From Flectonema sp. DT1601 (lineage: Eukaryota), in contig OZ025803.1 in the NCBI GenBank assembly GCA_964019425.1, positions 1,116,001 to 1,180,000 on the forward strand: DNA of 64,000 nucleotides, read 5' to 3'. Position 1 is the stretch's first letter; each line of letters begins with the position of its first letter. The position numbers and the translations under genes are program-made. Below, piece by piece: positions 38,331 to 52,394 of the stretch. The notes under the pieces are model-generated. The model saw nothing but the letters and a program-made list of their open reading frames with translations, did not search any database and had not been told where the DNA came from.

Positions 38331-40319
38331 CTTTCATGTTTTTTTCGTTCAAATCAACCATCATCTGCTGGCATTGTGTAGGATAAAATATAAATAAAAA
38401 GGAAATAAATATATTTTGGTTTTTTAGTCTCACGTCAAATAACTGGCTTTTAACTAGGTCTGTAATAATATTAAAGTTAACAGAGAAATTAGAGCACAGA
38501 TTAACTTTACTGAGATTCGTTGTTTTTTTGTATTCGTTTTTCCAAAACAAGAAGTTCGACTTATTGCGAAATTTTATCCTTATACTTAAAGTCTTTGTGC
38601 TGATGGAAAAAGAATGGGGGGGGGAAAAAAAAAAAAAAACATTAAAAAAAAACATCGAAGCAAATTGATAATAAGGGAAAAAGGTTTACTTTTTTCTCTT
38701 TATTTTTCTCTTTAACATATCATTATTAGTACAGTCGAATCGGATTTTCAGATTTCATGCACAAAGCAAAAAAAAAAAAGTATTGTTCGTCTTTCTTCCT
38801 TTGTCTTTTTTTTTTTTTTTTTAATATGGCTGAAGAAAAATAATTAATCAATATATAGCTCTTGTGTCACATCTGTGGATTGTTATTTTGATTATATTTA
38901 ACATTCTTTTGAGAAGATAAAGTCTTCTATTCAGTCACGGGTTTGAGTCTAATTAAAAAAGCGAAGCTTGTTGTCAATTAAAAGTTAATTGCTGACGGCT
39001 CAACGTGTGTTCGTGTTTGGTTTTTATTTATTTCTATTTCTATTTTTTTTTTTTTTTTTAGTTCAAAAAAAAGTTTGTTAAAAAAAAAGGGCAAAGGTGG
39101 AAAAAACTTAAGTTTGTCGTTTCTTAATTTCTTTTCTACAAAATTGAATTTCATCGCTTCGGTTGACTCTTCGGAAACGGTTAAGGATTGGGTCCTCTGT
39201 TGCTGTGAGTTACCCTCCTCGAGAGCACTAATAATATTCTTTAGTAACATTTTATGAAGAGCGATAACAACTTCAACACAGAATGAAGTCCCTTAGAACT
39301 TACTGATGAAGACCTAAAATGGGACGAGTAGTATCATATTAAGGCTCCTGAAACTACATATTCTATTACCCTTTTGATGTTAGGAAACTGTGGAAATGAA
39401 TACTTTTTTTTTTACTAATCTCTTCTTTTTATTGTCACTTTTTCTATACTAAATATAATGATCCTGACTATAGTTGGGAATTATAGTTTCTTCTTTCGGT
39501 AAGTTTCGTTCTTTCTGATTTTTATCTGTTTTGTCTTTTTTCTTTTTTATGGGCAACGTGTTCCTTCACAATGTCTACAGTCGAGGTAACTCTTAGAAAA
39601 CATAAAAAGTATCAACGTGTGTCTACATGTGTGATGTAGACTTTGAATGAGTTAAACTGAAGTGACAAACCATCTCAAATGGAATCTTCTCGCTGAAGAT
39701 TAAAAACCTTCTTGGAAGTGAAAGTGATGTGATCGTCTGTTTGCAACACACTTGACTTGTGTTGCGTACGCTACAAGAAGAATGCCGTTGTCAACAGTGT
39801 GCGTCCGTAGTGGCAACTCAATTCTAACTCAACCCTCGTCTCTTGTCGTGGAAGAATTAATTTTTTTCTTTCGAAAAAATCTATTTTTGTTGATACAAAT
39901 TTATTATTACTGTAAAGAACAAAGAATCTTTTTTTTTTTTTTTCCCCTCTTATTTCATTTTATTTTGTTCTTTTTCGTTATGTTATTTTACTCTTTTTAA
40001 TAAAAAGTATTTTTTTTTTTTTATTTATATTTTTCAGTCTGTTTTTTTCAGGGGCGGTTTAGCTGTAGAATTTGTGCGTAAAAAGGGGTAAGGGGGAATC
40101 AACCAGAATTAATTCACAAGCCAAGTCGGTACTGCCAGACTGGTCGGTTTTCTGTCTGCAGGAAGCCTTTAAAAAAAAAAAAAAAAAAAAAAAGTATTAT
40201 TTACCACAATCAATTAAGCGAGGCTACAGTCTCAAACAGCTGTACGACGACAGGTTGATGACTACGCAAACCTTTCTGTTATGAGCTCCAATTATGCGTG
40301 TTGTTGTTGTTTTACTTTT

Positions 40320-40350
<31 letters not shown>

Positions 40351-40654
40351 TATTCCCTCCCACCCTAGATGTTTATATATAGGGGTATAAGGGTATAATA
40401 TTAGTAAGCAATTAGTTGGAAGTTTTTTCAACATTATTGTCACAGGAATCTCTCAAAACAAACAGAGAGAGAGTCGATATACGAAGTTGGTACCTTTCTC
40501 TGTCTCAGTTAGCATCTTCAAGTATACGTTCAGTTGTTTTAGAGAGTGAATAATGCACTCTAAAGTATTTATATGAGGAGGGGATTCTTATTCAAATATT
40601 TATTTTATATCTCTACTTTCACAGTGATAACCAAAGCAACCCTTATAACATAAT

Positions 40655-41895
40655 ATGATGCAGGTTATTTCCGTTCCTCAGGCAGTTGCCTTTGCTCCTC
40701 AGCAGGCTGTTATCCAGCAAGTTCCGGTACAGCAAGCGGTGGAAATCGCTGTGGCGCCAACGCCAACGCCAGTGTCAGTTGACCCAACTGATGTAAACCT
40801 TCGCATCTTACAAGTAATCGATCCAGCAAACAGATCTGGTAAAATTGATGTTCCCTTCACTCAGACATTCGACACCGTTGGACGTGCGGAGTGGATGAGC
40901 AGAGGAGTGACGGGTAAGAAAGACATCAGTTTGTGTATGTTATTTCAACAAAGACGATGCAATGCTGGTACCAAATGCAATCAAATCCACGCTGAGAGAA
41001 GTCTTATTCACTCACTCAGACAGGCAGCAGAAACAGTTCCACGATGCTGTTTAAAACACGGTGATGTTCATTCAGCAAACGACCACACCTACCTAATGAG
41101 ATTAGGTAACCTGAAAGCTGTCCAGCTCCAGTGCAGTAACGGCGCAGTATTCGACGTTCCGACAAATGCTTTTGGTAGAACAAACTCCTTCGAAGCTCTG
41201 TTGATGAAGGGAGAGCCAGTTATAGTTGTTTCAGCCACAAGAATCTGTCGCCTTCAACAGAGAAACTGCTGCAAATACGGCAAAGACTGTAAAAACATTC
41301 ACATCTGTAGGGAAGTTGGTAAACTTCTTCCAGAAGCAAACCCTGTTGGAAATCAAGGAGTTGCTCACTTTGATCAAACACTCAGTGAGAAGACGAGAGC
41401 TGTAGTGCCAAGCTTACCAATGCCATCGTCGCAGACATTTCCTGCAAACAACAAGAAGCGTACCAACCAAAGAAACAAGAGAAGGCTTTCAAAGGAATCT
41501 CAAGTAACAAACACCACCACTACCAGCTGTAACACTGAACCACTCCCAGTCACTCCTGAAGAAATTGAACTCTCAGGATCGGCTAAGTTTGGAAAGGGTT
41601 TTACTCTGACAGAATCATCATTGAAGACCTTCCAGCAGGCATTCAAATTCCCTCCACAGCCAAGAGTTGCTCGCAAGAAGAGACACAACCAAGAGCGTAA
41701 GCGTAACAAGAATGAATGTCTGCAGGGCGTCAACTTGGGAAACAGCTACGGATCTTCAATGGTATGTTATTGGATGTATTAAAGTAAATAATAACTTCAA
41801 CAAGATATTCTTCTGATGTTGAAGAATAACAAAACAACAAACAGTTTGGTGAGTCGATGAAACTTTGTTTGCCGCGTGACCTCCAAAACTTGTAA
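40655..41895 (+). CDS. CCCH zinc-finger RNA-binding protein (~385 aa; intron 41762-41844)
   Basis: Two C-x7-C-x5-C-x3-H fingers (CMLFQQRRCNAGTKCNQIH and CRLQQRNCCKYGKDCKNIH), a layout like kinetoplastid ZC3H proteins. Confidence 0.88.
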
Positions 41896-44800
41896 GTTCG
41901 CAGCTTGTCAATTGTTGAGTCGAAGGAGAAATATAAAAAAAAAAAAAAAAGTTTTAAAAATAAATGTCTACGACGTGGAGTATCCTTCCTAACCTTTTAT
42001 GAGTTCCTGATTGTATTATTGAGGAACACCGATCCTCAACCAGTCTGGATACACAGGCACTGCTTGTCCCCTTCCCTCCTTTCTTTTTATTCATACGAAC
42101 CGTGTCATTTATTTTTGTATTTACAACAAGTTAACTATTTGTAACTGCTCACATAAATATTCAGTCAGCCTTTTTATTTTATTTTTCTTTTCCCCTTCAT
42201 TTTTTCTCTCTCCTCTTCTTTTGGAGGGTGTTCCCGTTACCTCTGCCTACATTTAGTTATGTTAAATTATTATTTGGTAAGTTTATCCTTTTTTCAATTT
42301 AATTAATCTATTTACAAACTGAAAAAAAAAAAAAAAAAAAATGAAGAAAGAAGAAAAAAAAGAAGAGTAATAATTAACCCAATTTTTTTATACTTTTTTA
42401 TTTTTATTTTTCACAAACAACAACTGTTCGCCTTCGGTCTGCTTGCTTGTCTAGAAAGGGTGTTCTTTATGTCACTCTGGGGTAGTTTGGCAAGACAAGG
42501 GGAGTCTTTTTTTGGTGATTGTGTAGAATAGAAGCACCAAAAAAAAAAAAAGAAGGAAAAAAAAAAAAAAAAAAGAAACAAGAGAACAGTCTCTATTGTC
42601 TTAGGAGTGTTTTTATTTTTTCCCGTTCTTCACTTTTTTTGTGTATGCCACGCAATTCAGAAAAATATCATTATTCTGCTAAACAACTCGTGTATAAATG
42701 AAGATATAAAAAAGGAATAAAGATGAGAGCAATCTATTTGTTTTATAGATAAAAAAACCTGAAGCAGAAAAAAAAGCTTCTTATCTCCCCTTCATATTTT
42801 TGTTTTCCCGCTCTTTGTAGGAAGAGTTTGTGGTTGTGCACCAGCTGATGGTCTTATTTGGCAGCCTTTTGAGGTGCTTGCGACTCGCGCAAAGACTTTT
42901 TAATCTTTCTTTTTATATGAAAGACTGCGTGAACCGAAAAAAATAAAAAGAAAAGGACTCTGACTAACATGTATTCCTTTCTTAGGCGCTCAAGAAAGTA
43001 CCTCGCAGATCAATAACAATAAAATCACTTTGGCGATGTCAGTAATGATCTTGCCGCAGATCAGTTCGCAATAAGCGCTCTGAGTTATAAATATCAACCA
43101 ATGTAGGCAACCAAAAAACAAGTAGAATGTACTTCTTGTGTAAATCAAATGGTGCTTTCAAAAATGTAAATACAAGTCAAGAAAAAAAAAAAAAAGTTTT
43201 TAAACTAGGCTAAAATTTTTAAAAATACTTTAGCAAATCAGTTTGGGTTTTGTCCTCAGAGTTTTCCTTTTTTAAATAAAAACCAACCAAAGCAAACAAC
43301 ACGAAGCTGCTGTTGAAAATGCGACGAAAAGGAATTTCTGCAAGAAATTAATTACTTCTTCTGTAAGCTGGTTGTGAGTGGATAGTTTTTCCTTTGATGT
43401 TAGCTTATGTACAGACAGAAAAAAATAAAACAAAAAGAGTACAACGTTGGCATCAGTGTGCTGGTGTGTGCTATCAAAGTGTTCTTGCCAACCAAACAAA
43501 ACAAACTGATCCTTCTTTTGGTAGCTAAGTATTGTTGTTTTGCTTCAACTAAAAAAACTTGTACGAATTAAAAGAGCCGTCTCGACTTCTACACGCACCT
43601 CAATGGAAGGCTTCAATGGAAGTTATGAACTCGACTCGCGCACAATCAAAATGCCAACTCTTTGAAGAAAGGCGGACCTTTCCTCAAATTCTCCCCCCCC
43701 TCGTTTCTTTTGTTTTTTTTGTCCGATGCGATATTTTATTTTCTTTTTTTTTTATTGGGTTCTCACAGTAAGTCACAATTCAATAATCGGTCAGGGTGAA
43801 GGCTCAAGTGATTTCTTCTTCGTGCGAGTGAAAAAGAAACAGCAGGGAGATTCCTGCTGTTGTCATCCACGTTGAGGAAGCCGATGGGTCTCTTTTGACT
43901 GACGTTTTGATTTATTGTTATCACTTGTGCCTTGATATCTATCCCAATGGGAAATGGTAACTAAGTGCGGCTTATCGATGAGCAAGTGAGAACAGTTATT
44001 TAATTACAGTGGTTAATAATGTGACTTTTTTCCCTACTCTAATCGGCGACAACCCCTGTGGGAGCTAGCCGAGTTTTCTTTTTTTTTTTTTTCTCCCCTC
44101 CCGCTTTACTAAAATTTATCAACCCACTCCCTCTTTTAAAAAAAAAAAAAAAAAAAGTAAAAAAAAAACTCCCTAAAAAAGATCAGATTTTCTTTGTTCA
44201 GGGATCAGACATATTTTCCCCTCTTTTCTATTCTCTTAACCTCACGCAATAATAGGCAAGACGGGAATTGTACCGTTTGTGTACAGTCACTAAGCACACC
44301 AATTTACGATCATTTCTTCCCCCTTTTTAATTTTACATATTAGTTTACTCTTATTGACTACGCTCAAGTTGCCTTCGGCTGCCCCTCCACCTTTCTCCAG
44401 TTATTACGGTCAAGGTGCCCCTCCTGAGGTAGTACCATGTGACCCCAGTGAATTGTAAGTGCGGAGTGTTTTCTTAAGAGTGTACCATTTTGCTCTTCTT
44501 TCTCCTCTTCCACGTTCCCTTTTGCTGGTTTTTTTGAGAATACTGCTGACAACGAAAAAAAAAACAAAAAACAAAAAGATAAAATAAAATAAAAATTGCA
44601 AGCGGACAGTTCCGAGGTACTCTCCTAATATTTCCTTAAAGTATCCTCAGGAAAAAAAGCTGTCTTTTAAAAAGCAACCGCATGTGATACCACTTCTTCT
44701 GTGGCATTGTTTTCCCTTCTTGTAACCCTCAATGGTATCTTTGGGATTACTTGTTGGAAAAGAGTTTTTTATTATTATTATTATTTTTTATATTTATTGC

Positions 44801-47800
44801 TTTCGCGATTTTGTCGCTATTGCAAAATATTTCTATCTGCTACTGAAGAACCTACAGAACGAGAAAAAGAAAAAAGAAAAAAGAAAAAAAAAAAGGAACA
44901 AAAAAAAAAAAAAAAAAAAACGGTGACACAGGTTGAAAGAGAACAACTTGAGCTTGTGGACTTCCGTAAGCTCCACCTCTCTGATTCTTTATTCGTTGAA
45001 CCCGTTGACTTTTTTTTCCCTTTTTTTTTTTTTTATTTTTTGAACAAAGTATAAAAAAAACATATCTCCACCTTGTCAGAGGAGGATGAAAAACAAAAGG
45101 GGGAGGGGAAGGTAGAATTATGAAAAAGATCAAAATTCGATTAGCATCCCTTCCGCTCGAAAGACCCAATCCCTCAATTGAGGGACAGGGTTCCCCTCTT
45201 CTTTTTCTTATTATTAACAGCGACGTATCGCGGCAACTTTATTAGCCATTATTTTTCCCCGTGGCAGAATTTTTTCCCTTTCCCAATTCCCTCCACTCGT
45301 TGATTGAATACGTGAGAGTAATTCTGGTCTCGATCTATCTAGATTGCCAGCCCAATTATATTTTTTTTTCTCAACGAGGTTCATTCTTTTTTTTTTCCTT
45401 TTTTTTTTGTACATCGTAACTTCACATTAGAAGTGTTGCGTTGCGCTGACTAATTAAATGATTCTATTCTTTTTTAGATTCCCTCCCTTCCTTTGTGAGC
45501 CTGAAAAGAAAGTTTGTTTACTTTATAAAAAGAGATTGTCGTCTGAATCACTTTTTCACATCAAAATAGCTCTTCTTTGTTGCGAACTAAGAAAGTTATT
45601 TATTATTGTTCATAAATTAAAGGATTAAAGACTGATCTCTCTTTTTAGTATGGCGGGAAGGAAGGAAAAAAGAAGTAAATTTCACATTAAACAGAAAACG
45701 AAACGAATCGGCAATTCTTTTTCTCTTTTTTCGGTGTTGTTTTTCTATACCGAGGCTGAGGCTGATCATTTCTTTTTTTTTTTTCCCGCTCCCTTTTTTT
45801 CTTTTCCCCCGAGGCGTGCTTTCCCTCAGCCAGCAGTCTTTAAGTTGCGGTCTGATGTTTATTTTTCATTTTTTTTGCTACAGAATCGTTGTGTGGACAG
45901 GATTCTGCATACCTTTTTGCGTAGAATTTGAAAGTTTCCCTCTTCTTTTATTTAATTGATACTTAAGTAGAACAGAAAAAAGCTTTAGTTCGGTCCTGCC
46001 TGACTACACTTTTTTAATTTTATTTTATAATCACAACATTATTGGCAAAAGTAATTTCTCGGATTCAGGTTGAGAATCGCTGTTGCTTTTGTTTTTCCTA
46101 AGCTGAGTGATATGTTGATTTTAGGTTCGGCCTGTTTTCGGATTTGCCGTTGTGAAAAGAGAGGAAAAACATCGCGGGCAATGAATGCATCACTTTTTTT
46201 TGGTTTGGGGAAAAAATCTATTCTTGCTTGTGAAGAGATTAGTGTTTACTTTGTGATATTTGTTCGGCGGTACCGATGGTTTGTTTTTAGTTTAATTCGC
46301 TGCATATTTTAATTTTACTTCATTTGTAAGTGACTTAACCATTGCTTCGTTTCTTTTTGCAAATAGGAACAGCAGAACAGTTTTTTTTTATTGTAAAAAC
46401 TCTTTTTTTTTTTTTTTTTTTCCCTTTCTTCTTTTAAATATGCACGGATAACCCTTAACAACAAAAAAAAATGGATACTAGTTGCGCTCCCCCCCTTCCT
46501 CTAAAGTATTCTTTATTATTATTATGCAGTACTTTTCTTCTTTTCAGGCTTAAACTGCTTTGCTCATTGGAACCTGCATATCTGGACAGACGTGTCTGCT
46601 TACGTCGGGGATCTCTGTTTCCAACTACAAAACTGGGTTGTCGAGGAATCCTTTGTGTCCGATATGAAGTACTTTCAAGGGAACAAAAAAAAAAAAAAAA
46701 AAAGAGAAAAACTCTACTCATTTATTTTTATTTTCCCGCTTTTTTTTTTTTCCTTTTTTGGTCTTGCTATGATTTATTATTTTTCTTTATTATTTCCTTG
46801 TCTTGCTTTTTTTGTTTTTTTCCGGAAAAAAACAAAAAAAAGTAAATAAAAATAGCAATTACAATGCCAGGATTCTCGAGTCTTATTTGCTTAGCAAGAT
46901 CCAAGGTAGGCTAACTGCATTCGATTTTTTTATTTTCCCCTCCCTCTCTCCCTTCTGCTCAGGTTATGGATATAAGTGTCCCTCCTCTTTGCAGATTTTG
47001 CTCTTCCAAAGAGTTCTCCCGTTTAGCCCTCTCAACAAGAAGCGGGAAAAGAAAAGAAAAAAAAAAAAAAAAAAAAAAAAAACCACCATTTCGGGTCACA
47101 GTGAACGCTGTTGCATTATCTGCTGCTCCGTTTCTTTCTGAAGGAGAAAGTAAAAATAAAAAAAAACCTTTTTTTTTTTTTAATTCTAAGTAACCTCCTT
47201 TCATCTACTGAGTTAATTAGTTTGTTCTCTGTCATCGTTGCAGAAGATTAGACTTGTGTACTACAGTAGCTCTTTATAACCTTTTGAAGAGTCTGATTTA
47301 TTACGGAGGTTCTTTCACCACACAGCAGGTTTTGTTCGGTACGACCACTGGATGACTACTTGATAATACCTAAGTACCTCTGAGTGAAATGAGATTATCA
47401 CCCCTCCTTCCTTTCGTTTCCCTCTCCCCCCTGTAATACGCCTTCCTTGCGTACTCTTCGAAGCGGTGTAGCAAATGTCTTGTAAGAGAAATGCCATGTT
47501 ATTCCCCCTACTCCCATTATTTTCTTTTTAGCCATTTTTTTTCGCTTGAGAATGGCTGTCACAGTATTTATTGTTTCTTCCCAAGTGTCAGTAATTAGTT
47601 GACAACAGCTGTGACGAATAACCTGGTCAGTCACTGTAGTCACTATCTGATTAAGTGAGTAATTATATAAATATTTTACATTTTGAACAAAGTATCTCCC
47701 ATCCCACTCCCTCTGATTGCTTTGAGTGCGACAACAGTTAGAAAAGGAAATTAAGCTGCTTACAAAAGGAGTTTTTCTCTCCTTCAAAAAATGGTTGTCG

Positions 47801-49666
47801 AATCTAAAATAAAACGAGGAATCATCAGCGGAAATAGATCCCTTCTCCAACCCTCCTGTGCAAACGGGTAGGGAATAGAATCACAACGACCTTCCTCCTT
47901 TCTTTTTTTGGTTTTGTAACGCCCAATACCCATACCTAAGTCGTGGGATGCGCGCTTTTTGTCGCAGCGTCACAGCTGATGTGCTGTCCTGTTCCTTTTT
48001 AATGCTCCCTCCGCTAACGCGGTGGACAAAGAGTGGGAGTAAAGAAAAAAATAAAAAAATATAAAATATGGTTCCGCATCAATAGCGATAATCTTAAAGA
48101 ATAAAAGAATTAAAAAATAAATGAAAAGGAAAAAATGGCTGTCATCTGTGCTCGGATGAAATCTCGCTGTCCTTTCTGTTTCGTTCCCGTTCCTCAATTA
48201 TTTTACTTCTTTTTTTTAAATCAAAAAGAGCTATTTTTGTTACATTTTTTTTGGATAAAAAAAAGAAAAAAAAAAGTCAGTAACATGGTGATCTTTTTTG
48301 TAGTCTTTGGAGATTTCATCACCACCGTGGCTTTTCTTTTAATATTGATGATTTTACTTAGTCAGTTGTCGTGCTCTTCCCCTACCAAAAATAGTGATTC
48401 CAAAATAGAGAGGTTTAATGACATAATTATTCCTATTCAAAAAACGGTCCAATTATGTGTTTGCATTCTTTTATTTTTTTATTTTTAATATCTCACTGAA
48501 CGCCACCTGATTCGTACTAAAGAAATAAAAATTGAGCTGAGGCGGTGCTTCAGTTCGTTTTCGTGTGAGGGAAGTAGTAGTAAATCGAATAGCTGTCTGA
48601 AAGGAATCTAAAGGAAAAAAAATGATAAATATTTAAATGGAGGATTTGTGTGAAGGACAATTGTCTTCACACTAACACAACGTGGAGGAGAACATGGTGG
48701 TGCGGAGTCAGTTTGCCCGATGCCACTATGTGCGACCTCTGCTTGTAATTCGAAGTAGAATGTTTTTGTTTTTTGTCTTTTTTGAAATAGTAGAGAAGGG
48801 AGAAAAAGAAAAAGAAAATAAAAGTACCACAGCGCGTGAAGAAGGATTGACTAATAGCTATGTCTCTGCGTCACGCACTGAGAATAAATTGTTTTCCCCC
48901 CTTGTTTTTCTTTCCTTCTGTTCGTCTTGTGGTTGCCTTTACGTGCTCAGCTTGCAGATTGCGGTGCCTCATATTGAAGCGTCTTGGTGCAAGGTTACTA
49001 GGTGGTGATTGATTTCCCCTCCCAGTTTTCAAATTTTTCGATTCTTTTTGCTTTTCAGCTTTCTCCACCTTTCTAGGAAACACGTATAAGACCGTGGGCC
49101 TTGATAAAGTCTTTGTGCACAGCACTCAAGATCTACTTTAATAATCTGTTTACTGACATTTGTCATGGAACAGTAAAGATTGACAAAATGCGTGAAAAAC
49201 TTGATATTTTCTTTTTTCAAAAAAACGGGAGTCACTTTTAGAAGCTTTTGAGACTCACGCCCTTACTCTTTCTCTGAGACTTCGAAGAGGGGGAGGGGTA
49301 ATCCTTGTTTTTTTTAATATCCAGAGATCTCCTTGTCTCGTGACTACATTTTCCCTAATTTCTCTCGATCAACTGACACTCACCACATGAGCTCCCCTCC
49401 CTTCTCAACTCTTCTTCCCTCCCAAACGACCTGCGGTCAATAACACTGCACAGTAATGTCCTGCGTCTTCGCCAATGCATGGATGATATTCTTTTGGAAC
49501 TTGTTGGTACTTTTGTTAAATTAATTTTTCTTCTCTTGACAGGAATAGTGAATTCGAAGTAGGCAGCTCCCTTCAGGGTCATCATACAGGCTGATTTAGT
49601 TTTACATTCGCTGACGCTTTTGAAAACATCACTCAAAGTGATGTGATTAATGAATGAATTGTACTG

Positions 49667-51931
49667 ATGGGAACTCTCAAAGATCTGATACCCGACAGCG
49701 ATGATGATAATGTGGACGAGTCAATTTCAGTTTTGCGGGAGGAAAATTTAACGCTCCCCACAAGGGAGGATTTAGAGCATTATCCTGAGATGTTGAAAGA
49801 CGCAGTCAGCAAAATAGGAACTCAGATAATGCAACTTATCCTCGTACCTCGACTGATGTTATGGGTAAGACGATTGCGAAAAGAAAAAGCACAGCCGACA
49901 GCCGTATCAGGTCTAACGTTAGATATTATGAAACAACAACCTTTATATTCATCATGGCCTGACAACCTTCTGTATGAAGTGATGAATAAGTTCAAACCTG
50001 TTTACTACGATGTCGGTGAGTTTGTAGTACACGAGGGAGAGCCAAGTAGGGGGATGATGTTCTTACTCGCTGGTAGACTTGATTGCTTGAAAAGAAAAAG
50101 TAAAAGGCGTGAAAAACCAGTTTATATTACCCTCACTCACTTTAGTCCAATCTGTCTAATTGGAGACTACTCAGCATTTAGTCAAGAACCCAGAGCTGCT
50201 TCTATTAAAGCAACAGATCCATCAGTGTTGGCATTCTTATCAAATGTTGACTTTAAGAATGTCATTTCAAAGCTTGACCCGATCATATTTGAAAAAAGTA
50301 TTTCTGGGATAGTACAAAAGAAGAGTCAGGGAGTTAAACTACTACTACACCCGCCAAGTACAATATCTGATGAGCAATTGATGCAGAATATTTTATTTAA
50401 AGATGTCTCATCACAGGTTTTGGAATTTCTACGAACAAAGTGCAGCCAACACACTGTTGGTAATAAGGTAGTGTTATTCCAAGGGGGAGTGGTGCCTACA
50501 GAAATAATCTTCTTATCACATGGTCATTGTCTTGTGAGTGAATGCCTGAACGATGAAGACGAGACTAATATTGTTTTATCAGAAATAACTGCCCCCCAAT
50601 GGATTGGTACTTCCTCGATGGTAAAACAACAACCGATGCCCCACCAGATGAAGACCTGCGCTAAATGTTGTTTTTGGAAATTGCGGCTTGTTGATTTCAA
50701 GTCTCTGCGATACTCCTGTCCGGATACCTGGAGACAGTTGCAAGTAATTGAATTGCGTGAAGAAACCTTCACTACTGGTTACGAGGAGTCACAGCTACAC
50801 GACTTAGTAGCATCAGTTCCCATAATAAAACAATGTTTTGCTTCTGAGATCGAAGTATTTCAATCATCGAAGGCAACTTTAGAAGAACAAGTTATTGTTC
50901 TAAAAATACAGCCTTTTATAAGTCTCGCGGTGAAGTTTAAACTCAGGCTGTACAGACCCCTGCAAACAATAACTTCCAAGAGTGAGATATGCAACAGAAT
51001 TATAATTCCGTTATCTGGTAAGCTGACAATAGTAACTTCAGGTATTGACAGGGAATGGTATATTGGTGAACCAGCTGGTTTCACATCAGTTTTGCCACAC
51101 CGTTGGGCTCACTCATCATTTGCAGCAACAACTGTACAATGCTTAGAGCTGTCTAGTTCTTTATATGTCACTCATATGAAGGAACAAGGTAAATATCGTG
51201 AAGCAGCAAAACTATCAAAGTATTTAATAAATCCGATTGCCTGCTCTGATAGTCAGTACGATAGGAGTCAGATTGTCGTTGAGCATTTAAGGACTCCACA
51301 CATGTACCCTGTGAGCTCCTCTACCAGCTACAGTTGTACTGAGTGGGGGACAATCGATTTCATGTGGAAGGGAATCCCCAGTAAGAAGCATCGCGAAAAG
51401 ATTGCCAGGCGAGCAAAAATGGTTCAAAACAGAGATCAGGCAGCTGGTAACGTGTCGGAGCTTCAGGATCGGTTAAATGCTGTTCCGCGGATTGAGAAGG
51501 AAAAGAAAAAATCAGCTGTTTTTGAAGTCCCAATCACACCACTATCACCAGACAAGCGAGGAATGACATCGATAAATGTGATTTCAGCCTTTACGAATGC
51601 TACCTTGTCGGCAGAGAGTAGTTATGATGTTCCATTATCAATACCCTCATATGTTGACAGGTCTCCTCCTGAGGAATCGTTGCACCCAAAGCCTCCTCCA
51701 AAACCTTTTAATATCCATAAACGATTGTATCCAAATTACCTGCAGCATCCTCCCCTCAGAACTCTTCTGGGAAAGGTTCGTCGTCCTCGCTCTGCAGCCA
51801 TGGCTGCTTGTCTTGAATCGACTCCGAAGTACATTGCAAGCCCCATTCCACATTCCGAGCCCTGTCCTCCTCCTCCGTCATCTACGTTTTCAGACTCCAA
51901 GAAGGGACTCGACGTTGAGTGGGGGTTCTGA
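49667..51931 (+). CDS. cNMP-binding domain protein (754 aa; one recognisable and about two degenerate CNB domains)
   Basis: GEFVVHEGEPSRGMMFLLAG...IGDYSAFSQEPRAASI, then degenerate CNB-like repeats and a Pro-rich tail. Confidence 0.82.
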   Translation: MGTLKDLIPDSDDDNVDESISVLREENLTLPTREDLEHYPEMLKDAVSKIGTQIMQLILVPRLMLWVRRLRKEKAQPTAVSGLTLDIMKQQPLYSSWPDNLLYEVMNKFKPVYYDVGEFVVHEGEPSRGMMFLLAGRLDCLKRKSKRREKPVYITLTHFSPICLIGDYSAFSQEPRAASIKATDPSVLAFLSNVDFKNVISKLDPIIFEKSISGIVQKKSQGVKLLLHPPSTISDEQLMQNILFKDVSSQVLEFLRTKCSQHTVGNKVVLFQGGVVPTEIIFLSHGHCLVSECLNDEDETNIVLSEITAPQWIGTSSMVKQQPMPHQMKTCAKCCFWKLRLVDFKSLRYSCPDTWRQLQVIELREETFTTGYEESQLHDLVASVPIIKQCFASEIEVFQSSKATLEEQVIVLKIQPFISLAVKFKLRLYRPLQTITSKSEICNRIIIPLSGKLTIVTSGIDREWYIGEPAGFTSVLPHRWAHSSFAATTVQCLELSSSLYVTHMKEQGKYREAAKLSKYLINPIACSDSQYDRSQIVVEHLRTPHMYPVSSSTSYSCTEWGTIDFMWKGIPSKKHREKIARRAKMVQNRDQAAGNVSELQDRLNAVPRIEKEKKKSAVFEVPITPLSPDKRGMTSINVISAFTNATLSAESSYDVPLSIPSYVDRSPPEESLHPKPPPKPFNIHKRLYPNYLQHPPLRTLLGKVRRPRSAAMAACLESTPKYIASPIPHSEPCPPPPSSTFSDSKKGLDVEWGF

Positions 51932-52394
51932 ATACGTACGACGTCTATCTCGGTCCATGAAATAGATGTGGGGGATTCGCTAAAAGTAAAACTTTTTCAA
52001 GCGGGAAAACGCGGCTTCCCGTGTTATTGCAACACCTCGGTCACTGCAGAAGACTAATATTATTTATTGATTGTCACTGTGACACTTTCTGTCAATATAG
52101 TCAAAATGTTTACACACGTTGAATATATTGGCCAGTCAATGTTGATACCACTGAGTAGTTTTCTTGTCATTTAGTAAACAAATATTTAACAGCACATTCT
52201 AAAGTTAATATGTTTCGACTGTCGCGGACATTGTTTGATTTCAAGGTATAGAGTCAACTCTGTTTGCTGATACGATTTGCACAAAAAAACAAAATTTATA
52301 TTTCTCTTCCTTCAGGAACGAACACAAGGCAGGAGGAAAAAGAAAAAAAAGGCAACATAAAGTATAGCCAGACCATGAACAACTGACCCTGCAA

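Noticed and set aside
39303..39355. CTGATGA...GAAAC hammerhead-like or box C/D-like words
   Set aside because: Stem II pairs for only 2 bp, no stem I/III or cleavage triplet is evident, and the C-to-D span is too short.
38302..49636. Many short Phe/Lys-rich ORFs in intergenic DNA
   Set aside because: They arise from poly-T/poly-A runs, often lack ATG starts and show no domain signal.
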